From assembly GCA_964016885.1 (NCBI GenBank), contig OZ024740.1, forward strand, positions 345,588,001 through 345,652,000: a DNA stretch of 64,000 nt, in the 5' to 3' direction. The notes beneath the pieces were generated by a model that made no database searches, was not told the DNA's origin, and saw only the letters and a program-made list of their open reading frames with translations. The position numbers were made by a program, and so were the translations under genes. Numbering within the stretch: position 1 is the stretch's first letter; the number at the start of each line of letters is the position of its first letter. The DNA comes from Eledone cirrhosa. Lineage: Eukaryota. This document shows positions 59,701 to 64,000 of the stretch, in pieces.

Positions 59701-61485
59701 TTGGTCAACAAGGTGCTATAAAAAAGACACTTGATCAAGCTGCTGCGCAGAAGTAAACGCTGTTCTACATGATTTCAAAGCGAACTTCTTAAACACAGAT
59801 TCATGTCTGCATGTAAATTAATTTGAGAATTTATTGGAATTATTTTTTTTATTCTTTAACTGCCGCTAAAAAATTGCCGCTAGGTTTTTGTTTTCGATCT
59901 TCTAAGAATGTAATTTAAATTAAGCAGGACTCTCTTTGCGTACGGCATTCAGTATAGCAACCTATAACATATGGGCTTACACCAATTAGCTCTTTATATT
60001 TTCAATGAAGAAAGAATAATAACACAGCCAGAGGTGCTATCCTATACTTCTTACAGTTCACGATCACGTTAGAAATGTGTTAATCTATTTGCAATTTCTC
60101 AATATTTACTTATTTATTATTTCAACTTTTTACTCACTTTTGAAAAAAATACATCAAATTTTTAGAAAGCTCAATCTTTTGTGATACACATGAACTGATA
60201 GAGGAAATAAATGTCTATCAATAGGAGAACAAATGTAAATGTTTCCAAGTTCAACATCTAAATTCTCATAAATAATATCCAGAATGAAAATGTATCTAGT
60301 TTCCAACTCGAAGTCTAGTAAATGGCCTGAAATTACTCAGCAGTATGTAATTAAATTTCAGATCTAATTAAATATAAATGAGCAAAGTCCTTTCAGTTGA
60401 TGGCAGAGAAAGGCCTTAAACGTAATACAAACTTATAAACAAAGAATATGTATCCCATACTTATATTATAAATGCATGAACGATTTTTCGCACCAACACA
60501 CTTTTACACATACTTGAACCACCACTCACATACAAACATACTCACAGATAAACGCACATGTTCTTAACAGCATGCATAATCGTAATTCTAGGCGACGTTT
60601 TTCGATACGAAGGAAGAATGTGTAAGTATATAATCATTAAACAAGAAAATATCTAGATAGATTTACAAATTTAAAAAAAAATGAAAACACACGACAACAT
60701 TCATTCAATTCATTCATTCATATATATATATATATATATATATGATATGGGGTGAGGCAGTGGGTGTGCGTGTATAAGAGTTAGACGGTTGTGTATAAAT
60801 GTGTGAGGTGTTTTGCGTCCGAGCATGTGTAATATGTGTATCAGTGTATCTTTTTCTAATAATTGGAATTCTACGTTTGAAAAAGGAGACTTTGTAGTGG
60901 TAAGAAACTCTCAGGAGAGCAGGACAACAGACGTTTTTCAGAGAAGAACTCCCCTCTAGCATCACTCTTAACATTTTACACACAAAAGAAACCGGGTTGC
61001 ATCCAGGTCATGACTCTTGTGTGCCCTTCTGCTAACATTTAGCCATTCACATATCGGAGATTTGTTTTATCTTTAAACTATATAAAGTTTTCTTGAATAT
61101 ATATTCATAGAGAAATGGAAATTCACTCTTTATCACTGAATTTGATATAAGAGAGTTCATATCTGCAACGAAAACTTAGCATAAGTTTACATTTACAGTT
61201 TCGAAACACTATGTGACCCAACAAAATATTTCCTGTTAAAATGTATATATTCTCCATAAATACATATCATATCAGTCTTTACTAAATGTGGGATTGCATA
61301 TTTGTTTTAGCAACAATGATTGAGGAATCCGTGGTAGCTTAATAAGGACAGTTAATGGAACATGCTTGCTAGCTACGAAAGAGAGAACGCATTAAATGAC
61401 ATAATGCAAAATGGTGTATATCTGAAAAGAAAAAGGATAATCTGGTCATGTTTGGTCACAGGTTTTCTCAATCGAATACAAATAA

Positions 61486-61548
<63 letters not shown>

Positions 61549-61578
61549 TAAATATATATGTATATATATATGATAGAT

Positions 61579-61619
<41 letters not shown>

Positions 61620-61770
61620 TATCTGTATATATATACAAATATATATATATACATATATATATATAACGGACGAAATGTGGTAAGGAACCAGGTGGACCAT
61701 AACGCACCAAAGTACTCAATACTTAGGGTAGTAGAGTGGGTAATAGGAACGAGTAGGGGTCCTACTCGTT

Positions 61771-61811
<41 letters not shown>

Positions 61812-63220
61812 AATAAAAGACCGATCATTTTCAAAAAGCCTGTACAATGTGGTAGACATATATAAAGGTTAAAAGATGTTAGATAAAAGAAGTCAAAGTC
61901 ACGTTTTACACAATATATTTGAACTTGATATTTCAGGGATGTTACTCTCGTTTCAAATGTGAAGCAGAAACTGTTCAAACACCAAACGAACTATCTATGT
62001 GTTCTTCCTTAAATTGCGTACGTGTCTGAAATACACACGCGAGATATCATTATAGTAGCCAATCTGCTTGTAGCATTTCCAATTTATAATATATCTGTCG
62101 TTTTTCTGGTAGATGATAATGGCCTATTTGATTCCGAAGTTGACCATATTCACTTCCGTCGCCTTTAAAGTAACCTTAATGCGTTTGCTGCGACATTTAT
62201 CATGATGTATTTTAACAGAATCACTTTTAACAGAATCGTCGTCATGTGCTCTTAGCTCCGTATATGCAGCTTCCGGGTGGTACTTCTGATGTACCAGGAG
62301 CTACAATTTTACATATGACATTGAAGACCACCTACGCTCTCATTCACACGTCTAACTTTTCGATAGGACAATTAGGAAATGAACATATATCGTTGCATAC
62401 ATAACGGTGTTCATACATGAGGGTTCCGAGTGCGCCAGCTCTATAATCTGACCCACCCAACGGATGGCTTGCTAATAGAAGCGGTGGCCTTCTCGGGTGC
62501 TCAACCTCAAGAGTGGCAGGTGGTGAATACTGTGTGCTCCAGCTGTTACGTGATTGCCGGCAGGCCTGAGACACTTGACCGCATCTCAATTCCCGAAATT
62601 TTTTTGTAAACGGAGTCTTCAAAAAAATGGGAACGTTGTTGCATGTGATGATAGAAAGCAGCTCTCCTCACATTTTACTCGGACACGTAGACAGCTCACA
62701 AGAAGTAATCAACTGACTAAAAGAACTTAACCCTAAAAGACATAAAATAGATATCCATTTAGTTTACACGTAGTTTTTTTCTGCACCTCTGTCTCTGCCA
62801 CCTCCAGCTATCGATTTAATTGCGGACATCATCGCCTTTCCAGACCTCAATTGCTTTGAGCTCACTGCTGCTGACATACACAAGCTCTCTCTTTCTCTCT
62901 GTGTGTGTGTGTGTGTGTGCGTGTGTGCGCGTGTGCGCGTGTGCGTGTGTGCGTGTGCGTCTGTAAATGTGTGTGTATATGTTAAATGTTTCTGCATGTG
63001 GCTTGTAATTTGATCCACGCAGAACTTTATCCCCAAAGAAATCGTAATTCAGGAGACTTGTTGACATTTATCCTTGCAGAATATGTTTTATTTATTTTGA
63101 TATTTATTTTTTAAATTACATAATTAAGATATGAATTTACATGTTTAGAGGAAAAGAACATACGTATCTTTATGTTTTGGCTTTCTATTAATATAAGATA
63201 TACATTACATATTTTAAATA

Positions 63221-63363
63221 GTCGTCGTGGTCGTCGTCGTCGTGGTCGTCGTCGTCGTCGTCGTCGTGGTCGTCGTCGTCGTCGTCGTGGTCGTCGTCGT
63301 CGTCGTCGTCTTCTTCTTCTTCTTCTTCTTCTTCTTCTTCTTCTTCTTCTTCTTCTTCTTCTT

Positions 63364-63396
<33 letters not shown>

Positions 63397-64000
63397 GGGA
63401 GTTTCGCGGCGCAGATTCCTCAAACTACTTCCAGCGGTTCCTGTCAGAAGCAGCCACTCCAGTTGATCCGTTTTAAGCCCCGACCGAGACCAACCGTGCT
63501 CATGGATGTTATCCAACAATCTTGTTCCAGGTCGGTTTGTTTTTCCGTGAAATCCGTCCACCGGTTCTTTCCTCAGACATTCTAACTACATGCCCGTACT
63601 ATCAGAGCTGTGATATCTCAATTCAGAGAAGTAGCGTCTCTACTTGGAGTAACACTCTTATATGCGAGCTACACACTTTATCTAGTAAGTAACGTTATTC
63701 CAAAGACCCCTCGGTGTACCCCATTTTGGTCGCTTGTATTCGCGATCGTATTCTTTCTGTCATTACTCAAGATTCATGACAACAGGCAAGGTTTGACACG
63801 AATACCGAATTTAAGATAGAGAGTTTGGTTTTTACACGTACCTCACCTCTTTTGATTATCAAATTATGACGCTGAAGCATTACTGCACCAGCTCCTGCTA
63901 GTCATGCACTTAATTCAACTTCATGCCTTCTACCACTCGTGAACATGGACTCGAAATACTTGAACTTCTCCACCTGCTTCAGAGTGCACTGCGCAGGCAT
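63221..64000 (-). mobile_element. 3' end of an RTE-clade LINE with an (AAG)n tail running into (ACG)n
   Basis: The minus strand gives QVEKFKY...AGAVML and RPGTRLLDNI...DRNRWK, followed by (AAG)n. The window edge truncates the element. Confidence 0.75.

Noticed and set aside
63172-63585. Poly-R/L/K/T/V/F ORFs
   Set aside because: They come from trinucleotide repeats forming the tail of an RTE element.

Overview
AT-rich, microsatellite-dense eukaryotic DNA, most likely cephalopod (Octopus-like). This is inferred only from the SINE family and the (TA)n/(CA)n/(GA)n content. No confident host protein-coding gene is present; most listed ORFs are microsatellite or repeat artefacts. The dominant feature is a 12.9-kb array (6041-18960) of a near-identical ~469-bp monomer, with 4 copies facing left and ~23.4 facing right, joined head-to-head and flanked by (TA)n. 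Every monomer carries a minimal type I hammerhead ribozyme (HHR) with a palindromic stem III, plus several hairpins, so it looks like a retrozyme or circular-RNA-derived concatemer. At least three unrelated families (671-, 595- and ~321-bp monomers) share this architecture of inverted arms, a circularly permuted monomer, an HHR and a microsatellite site. Two of them use a compensatory U3:A8 core (UUGAUAA), and in one the arm starts at the predicted cleavage site. Four decayed Penelope-like (Naiad-type RT/GIY-YIG) pieces are candidate helpers; two have a downstream HHR and one has TGA at a conserved Zn-finger Cys. Also present are a near-full-length frameshifted L1/Tx1 LINE plus three truncated copies, two RTE fragments, a Tigger 5' end, a non-autonomous Helitron and tRNA-derived SINEs.
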